64,000 bases of DNA. It comes from Pirellulales bacterium (GTDB lineage: Bacteria; Planctomycetota; Planctomycetia; Pirellulales; Lacipirellulaceae). The translations under genes were made by a program, and so were the position numbers. The notes under the pieces were generated by a model. It was not told where the DNA came from and ran no database searches. It worked only from the letters and a program-made list of their open reading frames with translations. Positions 28,882-37,495 of the stretch are shown piece after piece. The first letter of the stretch is position 1, and every line of letters starts with the position of its first letter. The stretch lies in the NCBI GenBank assembly GCA_020847515.1, contig JADLBW010000279.1, positions 597 to 64,596 of the forward strand. The letters run 5' to 3'.

Positions 28882-31173
28882 TTACCCACATCGTCTGTGA
28901 CGACGCCCAGGGCGGCCGCCGCATCCGATCACCGCGAGCCCCGACAGCCCTGCCATTACCTGAGATTGGCACTCGGGCACTACCACACCGAGGGATATCG
29001 CTTGCGCGAACGCCGCCTGTTGCCAAAACAGCATATCCGCGCCGTCTACGTCGCCGTCGCCGTCGCCGTCGGATGCCGCGGGGCCAGCCGAGCCGAACTC
29101 TGCCTGCCAAACGTCGAGGTCGTGGCCGTCGATCACTCCATCGCCGTTGAAATCGGCCGCGGCAGCCGCCGAAAATGTCACGTCATCTACGAATACGGCC
29201 CCGCTCTGCCCGCTGGGTTGGACGAACTGCAACACCAGGCGGGCTTCAGTCGCGCCGGCCGGCGCCTGCGCGACCAGCCCGCGAGACAGCCAGGTATCGG
29301 GGGGCGTGCCGCCGTCGGCAAGCGTCACTTCAGATTCGCTCAAAAACTCGGCGCTGCCGCGATCGGCCCCATACTGGCTGTAAAACTCGATCTTCATAAG
29401 GGCCGAATTACCGGTACCGACGATGCTGTCGGCCGCACGAACCAGTGCGCTGGCCTGTGCCCGCACGACTTCTCCGGCAGCGACGGTCACGCCTTGCGAC
29501 GCCCCGGACGTGTTGGCTGCACCCGTAAACTGCCCATAAAGCTTGAGCGCTCTTTCGCCGTGGAGGACGGCTTCATCGGAGGCGGAGACATTGCCGATCC
29601 GATTTCCGAATACGCGCCAAGCGTCGAGCGATCCGCCTCCCTGTTGGAAGCCGCCCAGATCGAAGCCGCCGTTGTCAAAGTCCGCCCCGTCGGCATCCCA
29701 TAAGAATGTCGCCAGCGACTTCGCAGGCAGGTCGTGCATCAGATGCTGCCCGTTTTCGTACAATCTCAGCGATGCGGCCGCGGGGTTCGGATTGAGCGCC
29801 AACAGCACCCGTGATCCGTCCGGATTCTCGAAGGCGACGGTGTTGATCTGGGCCGTCGTCGAGGAGCCGATGCGGATGGCGCCCGGCTGGACGGCTTTGG
29901 TCGCCTGGCCCAGCACATAGAACTCCTCATTGTAGGTGATAGCGCCGGTCGAGCTATTAATCGTTACGACGCCGCGGCAATCGCCGCAGCCGTTAAGATG
30001 AGGGCTGCCGTTTTGGTCGAGGGCCAGATTCCACAGGATGGCCGTCTGCCCCCAGTTCCGCATATTGCCGATGACGATGTTCTGGGAATACCACACCAGA
30101 TTATCCGCGAAGTTCGTCGCCCAATCGCCGCCGGTGATCTCCGTGAAATAGATGCCCTTATCGGGATAGGCGTTATGCACGGCGCTCTGCGCCGACACGT
30201 TGCCCGCGTACGCGTGAAACGCCGAACCCGACAGATAGTTTCTCGCCTCCGGATCGCTGAGCACATCCAGGGGATATCCTGGTTCGTCCCAGTTGTGGTC
30301 GTAGCCGATGATCTTGGACGTAATGCCTTCGGCGGCGAAGTGCGGCCCGACGTGGTCGCCGATCAGCCGCGCCTGCTGCGCCGAGGGCATCGCCATAGTG
30401 GGGTAATTCGACGTGTGCAGCGGCTCGTTCTGAACCGTAATAGCGTCGATCGGCAGGCCGCGGGCTTCGTAGGCCTGGATGAACTCGGCGAGATAACGTG
30501 CGTAGGAGGCTTCCCATCGCTGGGCCAGCGAGCCGCCGGTGAGCGAGTTGTTGGTCTTCATCCAGGCCGGCGCCGTCCATGGACTGCCCATCAGCCTGAG
30601 CGCCGGATTCAATAAGCGGGCTTCCTGCAGACGCGGCACGATGTAAGCATCATCATGGGCGACCGAAAACTGCATCTGCAGCTCGTCGCTGCCGCCCGGG
30701 GGATTATCGTTGTAGGTATAGAAGCCGCCGGCGGTGAAGTCCGACGCCCCAATGGGGACGCGGAGGTAGTTGAGGCCGACGCCCGTTTGCGGCGAGAACA
30801 AGTGCCGCATCAAGGCGCCGCGCTGATCCTGCGTTAGCCGATTCTGCAGCAGCCACGCCGACGAATCGGTCATTGCTGCGCCGAACCCGGCCACAACCTG
30901 AAACGTCGCCGAACGGACGACGCTAATTTGCGTGCCTCCCGTGCCGACCCCCGGCTGGAACACAACGTCGGGCTGCTGGGCGAGCAATTGCGATTTGTCG
31001 CCGGCGGTAATCCAGACGTCAACGGCAGCGGCCGGGGAGGCGACCCACGCCAGCAGCAGAGCGATTCCCGCCGCAAGCCAATCGCAGCAATTTCGATTAA
31101 CCGACCGCCGACCACGGCCGACGCCATGGACCTGTTCGTGCTGTCGGCCGCAAATGGCACAAAGACGCTTCAC
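28882..31173 (-). CDS. Glycoside hydrolase family 30 with CBM-like domain, dockerin-like repeats and PEP-CTERM-like tail
   Basis: GFGAAMTD, LRVPIGASDF, SPWTAPAWMK, ITVQNEP (acid/base Glu), YDHNW, IYFTE (nucleophile Glu), WNLALD. C-terminal ADFNGDGVIDGHDL and VPEC-TM-RR. Start uncertain: GTG 31173, frame open to 31257. Confidence 0.9.
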   Translation of the reverse strand: MKRLCAICGRQHEQVHGVGRGRRSVNRNCCDWLAAGIALLLAWVASPAAAVDVWITAGDKSQLLAQQPDVVFQPGVGTGGTQISVVRSATFQVVAGFGAAMTDSSAWLLQNRLTQDQRGALMRHLFSPQTGVGLNYLRVPIGASDFTAGGFYTYNDNPPGGSDELQMQFSVAHDDAYIVPRLQEARLLNPALRLMGSPWTAPAWMKTNNSLTGGSLAQRWEASYARYLAEFIQAYEARGLPIDAITVQNEPLHTSNYPTMAMPSAQQARLIGDHVGPHFAAEGITSKIIGYDHNWDEPGYPLDVLSDPEARNYLSGSAFHAYAGNVSAQSAVHNAYPDKGIYFTEITGGDWATNFADNLVWYSQNIVIGNMRNWGQTAILWNLALDQNGSPHLNGCGDCRGVVTINSSTGAITYNEEFYVLGQATKAVQPGAIRIGSSTTAQINTVAFENPDGSRVLLALNPNPAAASLRLYENGQHLMHDLPAKSLATFLWDADGADFDNGGFDLGGFQQGGGSLDAWRVFGNRIGNVSASDEAVLHGERALKLYGQFTGAANTSGASQGVTVAAGEVVRAQASALVRAADSIVGTGNSALMKIEFYSQYGADRGSAEFLSESEVTLADGGTPPDTWLSRGLVAQAPAGATEARLVLQFVQPSGQSGAVFVDDVTFSAAAAADFNGDGVIDGHDLDVWQAEFGSAGPAASDGDGDGDVDGADMLFWQQAAFAQAISLGVVVPECQSQVMAGLSGLAVIGCGGRPGRRHRRCG

Positions 31174-31393
31174 GGTTAGAAGGCCAGCTTGACCTGACAC
31201 CTGTTGGCGAAAGCTGTAGGGACGCCCATACGTCGTCCTGCGCAAGTTGCAGCTCATTGACTATATACTCCAACCGGCCGGAGTATGAGTAGAAAAAGTG
31301 GCGTCGCTGCAAACCCTGCAAACCTGCCGTCGCAGCCGCCGTCTACTGCCGACGACCTCCGGGGATCCGCTTTGCGGACGCCGCCTCAATAGC

Positions 31394-31547
31394 TTGAGAA
31401 CTGCGCGACTAATGGACCGTGCCTGGCGGTCGGCCTATCGGCTAGCGGCCGACGGCCAAAGGGAAAACGCCTCATTCTGGCCGCAAGCCGCTAGCCGCCA
31501 GCCGCTAGCCAAATTCACACCCGGTTTATTAGCGGCGCAGGAATCAA
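31394..31547 (+). repeat. Hairpin MITE/REPIN-like element, copy 1
   Basis: TTGAGAACTGCGCGACTAATG ... TTAGCGGCGCAGGAATCAA with internal GGCTAGC/GCTAGCC heptamers. Colinear with 57906-58071. Confidence 0.85.
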
Positions 31548-31803
31548 CAAGGCGACCCCCGGAAGACCGAGTCGTCGGTCCCCCGTGGAGGCCGCCAGCA
31601 CCGAGTTCCGCTGAAGTTATTCGCCCTTTCCTGGCCGATCGATACTCACTTCGGCCGGAGTTTGGGTATATGTAGACTGAGTTGCATTGGCCGGGATCCA
31701 CAGTCTGTCGCTGCCCGGCCGACCGATCGAAAAGGCCTGACTACGAACGTTTCTGTGCATTACGTCCAAATACGCTCCTACCGTCGACTGGTCGAACACG
31801 CTT

Positions 31804-32388
31804 ATGCCGACGCCTGGTCCGCCGCGTCCTGCGACGCCTTCTCCTGAGCCCCCCAATGCGGCCCCGACCGACAGAATGGCCGAATTCGTCGAGTTGTATT
31901 CGGGGAACTACCCCCGCCTGCAGTATTACGTGCTTACGCTCCTTCCTTCGGCGGGCGACGCAGCCGACGTGCTGCAAGAAACGAGCCTGGTGCTATGGAA
32001 GAAGTTCGATTCGTTCGAATCGGGCACGAACTTTTTCGCCTGGGCATGCAAGATCGCCCGCCTGCAAGCGATGAAGTACCGTCAGCGCCAAGGCCGGGCC
32101 GCTCGCTTGTTTGAGATTCACGTGATGGAAGTCTTGGCGGAGGAAGCCAATGACGAAGAATTTGGCCGCACGCCCCCGCTGCCAGTGCTGAAGTCGTGTT
32201 TGGAGCGACTTGCTGAAAGCCAGCGCTCGCTGATCCTGCGCAGATACCTTCCCGGCATGACGGTCAAGCTCTTGGCGACCGAATTGGGCCGTTCGGCGAA
32301 CTCCCTCTCCCACTCGCTGGGACGGATACGACGGGTGCTGTTGGAATGCATCAAGAGAAAGCTGGCGCAGGAAGCCGCTGGCCGCTGA
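31804..32388 (+). CDS. ECF sigma-70 factor (PVC-type, FecI-like pairing)
   Basis: Region 2 DAADVLQETSLVLWKKFDSFESGTNFFAWACKIAR. Region 4 CLERLAESQRSLILRRY..LGRIRRVLLECI. Alternative start 31876. Confidence 0.92.
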   Translation: MPTPGPPRPATPSPEPPNAAPTDRMAEFVELYSGNYPRLQYYVLTLLPSAGDAADVLQETSLVLWKKFDSFESGTNFFAWACKIARLQAMKYRQRQGRAARLFEIHVMEVLAEEANDEEFGRTPPLPVLKSCLERLAESQRSLILRRYLPGMTVKLLATELGRSANSLSHSLGRIRRVLLECIKRKLAQEAAGR

Positions 32389-32461
32389 CCGGAGCGTTAG
32401 AGCGGCTGCCTAAGGCTGCGGGCCGGCATTCGTCCCTGATAGCGACTATGGAGCTCCGGCT

Positions 32462-34867
32462 GTGTCTGATCCGGCTCACCGAATCGGCGATTCGCTACCT
32501 GCCGAACTCGCACAGGAGGTTGATGGTCTGCTCGCCAAACTCTGCGACGAGTTGGCCGATGAGCAGGAATTGGCGCGTCTTGGCAGCCTCATCGTCAGCG
32601 AAGCGGAAGTCCGGCGCTTTTACTTGCGCTACCTGGCAGTTCATAGCACGCTGACCGCCACGGCGGGCCACTACGCAAAAATCCCGTTTGCCGACGAATT
32701 GGCGCCGCCGGCGTCCGCCCCGGACTGCTTGCACAAAAGAGAATTACGCGACTGCCTGTCGACCGCAAGGAGCGGTTCCCGCCGGACAGGCTGGCGGGCG
32801 GCCGCCGCCGTGTTGTTAATGGCAGGCATCGCCGCGTGGGCGATTACTAAGTCGCCCTCGACGCCGCAGGAGTCGCTTGCTGGTACGTCCCCAGGGCCGC
32901 GCACGGCGCGGCAAGCAGCCGTCGCGATGCCGCGGGTGGCGCAAATCAGCTATGCATCGCCCGAAGTAAGGTGGCGAAATCCGAACGACTCGTTCACGTT
33001 GACCTCGCAAGTGCGGGCGGGCCAAGTCTTGGCCCTGGACTTGGGCAGCGTGGAATTGACCTATCGCAACGGGACGACGCTGCTGCTCACCGGGCCGTCG
33101 CAGTTTATCCTGAGCGACAATGGCGGATCGCTGCGGCGTGGCGAATTGAAGGCCCATGTCACCCAAGCAGGACATGGCTTCACCATTGAAACGCCGCACG
33201 GCAGGATCGTCGATCGGGGTACCGAATTCGGCGTCGTGGTGGATGACTTCGGCGTGTCGGAAGTCAATGTCATTGAGGGGCGGGTCGAAGCCTTTCCCGT
33301 CGGCGTCGCCGGTCCACTGGCCAATCGCATCGGCTTGACGAAGGGGCGAACGCTGCAATGGTCGGGCCAGGCCATTCTTTCCATGGACGCCGACGGGCAA
33401 GGACGACAGCGACTGGCGGATTTCGCTCCCGCCGCCGGCGGAGTCGCTCGTGAACCGATCGTCGCCGAGGCGCGGCTCGAACCCGCCTCTCTTGAGCGGC
33501 GCCAGTGGATTGCCCTGGGCGACGTCCACTCGGGCGCTGACGGCGTTCGCCTGACAGCCTCCCGGGACGCCTCCGATCGGCCTTATATTATTACTTCACA
33601 AGAGTTCGATCCCGCTAAGGGCCCGATCGCCATCAGTTGCGATATCCGGATGCGACGCCTTGAACCGGGAGCCCAGCCGGCCTTTTCCGTGCTTACTCGG
33701 GCGGACAAAAGGCGCGGCAAGCCTGCGACCCCGTGGCACGACGTCCTGGCAAGCTGCCTGCGCTGCAGCCTTCGAGCGGACTTAGCCTCCGGCGAGGGCA
33801 TGCTGGAAGCCGGAGCCAAGTACGAGCACGACCGCGAGGTATCGACGATCTCCTGGCGCGGCTTCACTTGCCCGCAGCCGGAAGTTGTCTACCGCCTGGT
33901 AATGCAGGACGACGGACTGAATGTATCATTCACCGCCGCTCTGGCTGACAATCCCTCGGTGAGCAAGACCGTTACTTGCCGCTCGCTATTTCGCGGCGTC
34001 CATAATTTCATTGCGTTTGAGGGCTTTGTTGGCGGTCAAACGGAAATCACCAATGTGCGGGTCGTCCAATATCGCCGCGCCGAGGAGGGCCCGGCTGCCT
34101 GGGCGGGCCCTTCGGCCCAGCAAAGCGAAACGGCGGATATCGAGGAGGACAACGTTGCGCCGCTGCTTCGCCGGTTCATTCCCAGCGATGCCGAACTTGT
34201 CGCCGCCGACGCATTTGAGTCGCCCTCTGTCGATGTGGGCGCGTGGCTGACGCTAGGCGACGTGAGCGTCGTCGACGGTCAGTTGCAACTCGGCGCGTCG
34301 AATTCGGAGCGGCACATTGACACTTGGAAGCCGCGTCCCTACTTGCTGACTGCCAAGACGTTTGACCCCGCATCGCGGCCGCTCGCCATCGTGGGATGCG
34401 TTAAGTTTGCGGACAACTTTCTCCACGGCTATGGCGGCTCGTTTGCCGTGCTGACTCGAGCGGAACCGCGGTATGGGTCCGGCCCTGGGTGGGAACAATC
34501 TGCCCTCCGCCGCGGCGTCCGCGCTAATTTTTGGCCTGCGGCCCTGGGTCAGAACCGCAGTCTGGAGCTATTTGAAATGCTGTCGCCGGCGCCGATCAAT
34601 CTACTAGCTGCCACCGATTTGCCGATCAATCCCGCCGCGCGCTCCTACCTCTTCTGCGTAACCGACGACGGGACGAACGCCGCCTTGACGATCATCGACC
34701 CGGCCGCGCCCGAAATTCGCCAGACATTGTCGAGTTCCACCGAATCAACCCTCTTGACCAGCGGGCACGTCGCCTTTGAGGGCTGTTGGGGGGCGCCGGT
34801 GCTGCTGGACAACTTGCGGATCTATCAGCAAGCCCGAAAACCGGAAAAGCAAGCAGTACCCCGCTAA
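32462..34867 (+). CDS. FecR-domain transmembrane anti-sigma factor with a duplicated C-terminal sensor domain
   Basis: N-terminal EAEVRRFYLRYLAVH helix, one TM (AAAAVLLMAGIAAWAI), FecR motif GFTIETPHGRIVDRGTEFGVVV..SEVNVIEGRVE, then two related ~190-aa repeats. Confidence 0.88.
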   Translation: MSDPAHRIGDSLPAELAQEVDGLLAKLCDELADEQELARLGSLIVSEAEVRRFYLRYLAVHSTLTATAGHYAKIPFADELAPPASAPDCLHKRELRDCLSTARSGSRRTGWRAAAAVLLMAGIAAWAITKSPSTPQESLAGTSPGPRTARQAAVAMPRVAQISYASPEVRWRNPNDSFTLTSQVRAGQVLALDLGSVELTYRNGTTLLLTGPSQFILSDNGGSLRRGELKAHVTQAGHGFTIETPHGRIVDRGTEFGVVVDDFGVSEVNVIEGRVEAFPVGVAGPLANRIGLTKGRTLQWSGQAILSMDADGQGRQRLADFAPAAGGVAREPIVAEARLEPASLERRQWIALGDVHSGADGVRLTASRDASDRPYIITSQEFDPAKGPIAISCDIRMRRLEPGAQPAFSVLTRADKRRGKPATPWHDVLASCLRCSLRADLASGEGMLEAGAKYEHDREVSTISWRGFTCPQPEVVYRLVMQDDGLNVSFTAALADNPSVSKTVTCRSLFRGVHNFIAFEGFVGGQTEITNVRVVQYRRAEEGPAAWAGPSAQQSETADIEEDNVAPLLRRFIPSDAELVAADAFESPSVDVGAWLTLGDVSVVDGQLQLGASNSERHIDTWKPRPYLLTAKTFDPASRPLAIVGCVKFADNFLHGYGGSFAVLTRAEPRYGSGPGWEQSALRRGVRANFWPAALGQNRSLELFEMLSPAPINLLAATDLPINPAARSYLFCVTDDGTNAALTIIDPAAPEIRQTLSSSTESTLLTSGHVAFEGCWGAPVLLDNLRIYQQARKPEKQAVPR

Positions 34868-35371
34868 GGATGCGGGCAGTACTATCGGCGGGGGGAGCTG
34901 CCGCATTCCGCGATACGCTTACCCGGTCAGTTGCTCAAAATGGCGCAGCCCTCCTGTTGGCGCGGCTCCTAGCGCCGATATCGCTCCGCTTTCCGGGAGT
35001 CGGTCCGAGTTGAAGGCTGATGGTCCTCGGGGAGCCCGCCTGCCGGAATTGCCTGATTTGGCTAACTGGCGACCGGACTTTAGAGCGGGGCCGGTTGACT
35101 ATTGGCCGGCAGCAGGCAATTCTGGACTACTTGGGCTCCGTTTTTTGAAGTAATTCGTACCCGGCGTAAGGCGCATTTCGCAGGCCGATCGTCGGAGTCG
35201 GCCTCACCACCGAAGGTGTCGAGTCTTATGGTCTGCGCGCTTGCTGATCCGCTTGTAAAGTCCGCCTTTGGCTTGGTCGAATCGCCCGCTGACGTGGAGC
35301 ATCGCAGACCTTGGTTCCTTGGCGACGAATCGCGGCGTCCTGTCAAGGACCCAGCGACGTTCGAGTGGGAA

Positions 35372-35590
35372 ATGGCTGAAGCCAATGACCCGTTCGACGA
35401 CTTCGAGGAGGATGATTTCGACGACGACTTCGACGACGACTTCGAAGAAGATTGGGAAGACGATCTTACCGAGGACGAGGAGTTTCCCGACACCTTCGGG
35501 GGCGAAGAAGAACCTGAAGACGCCGTTGAGCAATCCGGCGACGACGAAGAATCGCCGTTTTCCGACGACCCCGATTTCGACGACGCCTAA
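35372..35590 (+). CDS. Small hyperacidic low-complexity protein
   Basis: MAEANDPFDDFEEDDFDDDFDDDFEEDWEDD...; 40 of 72 residues are D/E, with no K/R/H. Could start upstream (GTG 35294). Confidence 0.7.
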   Translation: MAEANDPFDDFEEDDFDDDFDDDFEEDWEDDLTEDEEFPDTFGGEEEPEDAVEQSGDDEESPFSDDPDFDDA

Positions 35591-35677
35591 GCGCCCCACC
35601 ACTTTCGGGCGGCGTCTCCAGATCCACTTCCATCGGCGCCTGGGCGCCGCGAATGCTGCAGCCAGAACCGGCCCCGG

Positions 35678-37327
35678 CTAGGTACGTCGACATACGGCTG
35701 CCAATGCGAACATCGCCAGCAAGACGGCCTGCGGCTCTGGGATGGACGCGGCAGCCGTTTGGCTGATAGCGGTCAGCGGCGACCAGCCGTAGTTCTGCTG
35801 CCAGGCCAAGAAGTCAGCGCCGTCGACGTCGCCATCGCCGTCCGCGTCGCCGTCCGCCCGCGTCGCGTCGCTTTCAGCGCCCAGCCCCGCGCTCCAGTTG
35901 ATCAGATCGGCGGCGTCGACTGCCGCGTCGCCATTGAAGTCGCCGGACATGAACAGATCGGTCTTGATGCGATAAACGCTGCCGGAAAGGTAAGTAATAT
36001 ACAGATTTCCGACCGCATCTTCACTTATTGCCACTGGCGTACTCGGCGAGCCGACGTCGGGCGCCAATTGCGGATTGACATAGTTGACCGTCAGTCCCGA
36101 TTCGCCATCAGGCAGTTTCAGCGTCCAAACCCGATTGGCGCTGGAATCAGCGAAAAAGTACAGACCCTGCAGGCTCGGATCGGGACCTCGATACGCGACG
36201 CCGCCAGTGACGGTGGTTCCCGTTAAATTGGGATCTACGCCAGCGGCGCCGGGCCGACGATAGTCGTAAATCGGGTCGACGTTGTCGTCCGGCTTAGGAC
36301 GGCCCACAGAGCCGGGCGTTTGAATGAAGCCTTCGCGGAAGCGCCAACCATAGTTTTCGCCCCCCTGACTGTCGCCCGGTTGAAAATCGATCTCCTCGCG
36401 GGCGCCTTGCCCGACGTCGCCGATCCATAAATCGGCGGTCGCGCGGTCGAAGCCGGCTCGAAACGGGTTCCGCAGACCATAGGCCCAGATCTCGTCGTCC
36501 CCTTCCGGATCGGCGCCTTGGGGCGTCTCCGGGGCGAACGGATTGCCCGGAATCGCCCGATCTCCGTCGACGCGGTCGTAAGGAATCCCATAGTTGCGTG
36601 CGGCGTCGCCGGCGAAATCGTCGCGATCGACGTCGACACGAAGGACCTTGCCGAGGAAGTTCGCCGTCACATCCTGCGCGTTGCCATCCGGCTCCGAATG
36701 CCCCGCGCCTTGATCGTTACTATTGCCGCCGTCCCCCGTCATGATGTACAGATACCCGTCGCGCGGCCCGAAGCCGATCCAGCCCCCATTATGGTTGGGT
36801 TGCGGCTGCGAAAAAGTCAGCACCTGCTTGCCAGGCGGATCGGCGACGTTGGGATCGGCTTCCGACCGCAAATATTCTCGAATGTAGGTGCTGAAGGCGT
36901 TGTCGGAGATCGAGTCGTTCGCCGTGACATTGACGTAGAACTTGCCGTTCGACTGGTAGTCGGGATGGAACGCCAGCCCCAGCAGTCCCCCTTCGCCGTC
37001 GTTGTTCAACCCCGTAATCGTAAGAAACGGCGTCGGCGATAGCGTTCCGGTAGTCAAGTCCAAGATCCTGATGGCGGCGGCGGCGTCGCCGCTCTCGGGC
37101 GGATCACCTCGTTCGGCTATGTACAGCTTCGTGGGATCGCCCGGCGCAAAGGTGGCGAACATTGGGGAATTCAGATTGGCGGCCACGCGCTGCAGACCTG
37201 CTATGCCTGCCTCAAGCCTCGCCGGATAGACCGCGATGCCCAGTAACAGCGCCCCCACGGTTCTAAAGGCGCTTCCGCGGCACGCCCGCGGCGAGACGAC
37301 GAAACTGACTCTACAGCGCAGCGACAT
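35678..37327 (-). CDS. Glucose/sorbosone (PQQ-dependent sugar) dehydrogenase-family propeller with dockerin-like repeats and PEP-CTERM tail
   Basis: EGGLLGLAFHPDY, QPQPNHNGG, GYLYIMTGDGG, LGKVLRVDV, EIWAYGLRNP, LWIGDVGQ..REEID, NYGW. GDFNGDAAVD loops and IPEP-TM-RR. Confidence 0.9.
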   Translation of the reverse strand: MSLRCRVSFVVSPRACRGSAFRTVGALLLGIAVYPARLEAGIAGLQRVAANLNSPMFATFAPGDPTKLYIAERGDPPESGDAAAAIRILDLTTGTLSPTPFLTITGLNNDGEGGLLGLAFHPDYQSNGKFYVNVTANDSISDNAFSTYIREYLRSEADPNVADPPGKQVLTFSQPQPNHNGGWIGFGPRDGYLYIMTGDGGNSNDQGAGHSEPDGNAQDVTANFLGKVLRVDVDRDDFAGDAARNYGIPYDRVDGDRAIPGNPFAPETPQGADPEGDDEIWAYGLRNPFRAGFDRATADLWIGDVGQGAREEIDFQPGDSQGGENYGWRFREGFIQTPGSVGRPKPDDNVDPIYDYRRPGAAGVDPNLTGTTVTGGVAYRGPDPSLQGLYFFADSSANRVWTLKLPDGESGLTVNYVNPQLAPDVGSPSTPVAISEDAVGNLYITYLSGSVYRIKTDLFMSGDFNGDAAVDAADLINWSAGLGAESDATRADGDADGDGDVDGADFLAWQQNYGWSPLTAISQTAAASIPEPQAVLLAMFALAAVCRRT

Positions 37328-37495
37328 GGTTGCACTCTCCTCGCCCGCCCTTTGCTAGAAGATCGTCCCGCCAGTATCGGCAGGGATGGCGCCGATCGGC
37401 AAGCTGGGGCCGGCCCGACAGATGCAAACGGCGGGCCGAACGGGGCGTCGAAGGCTGCAACGCCGGACGGCTCCCGCGCCGCGCCCGGGCCTAGA

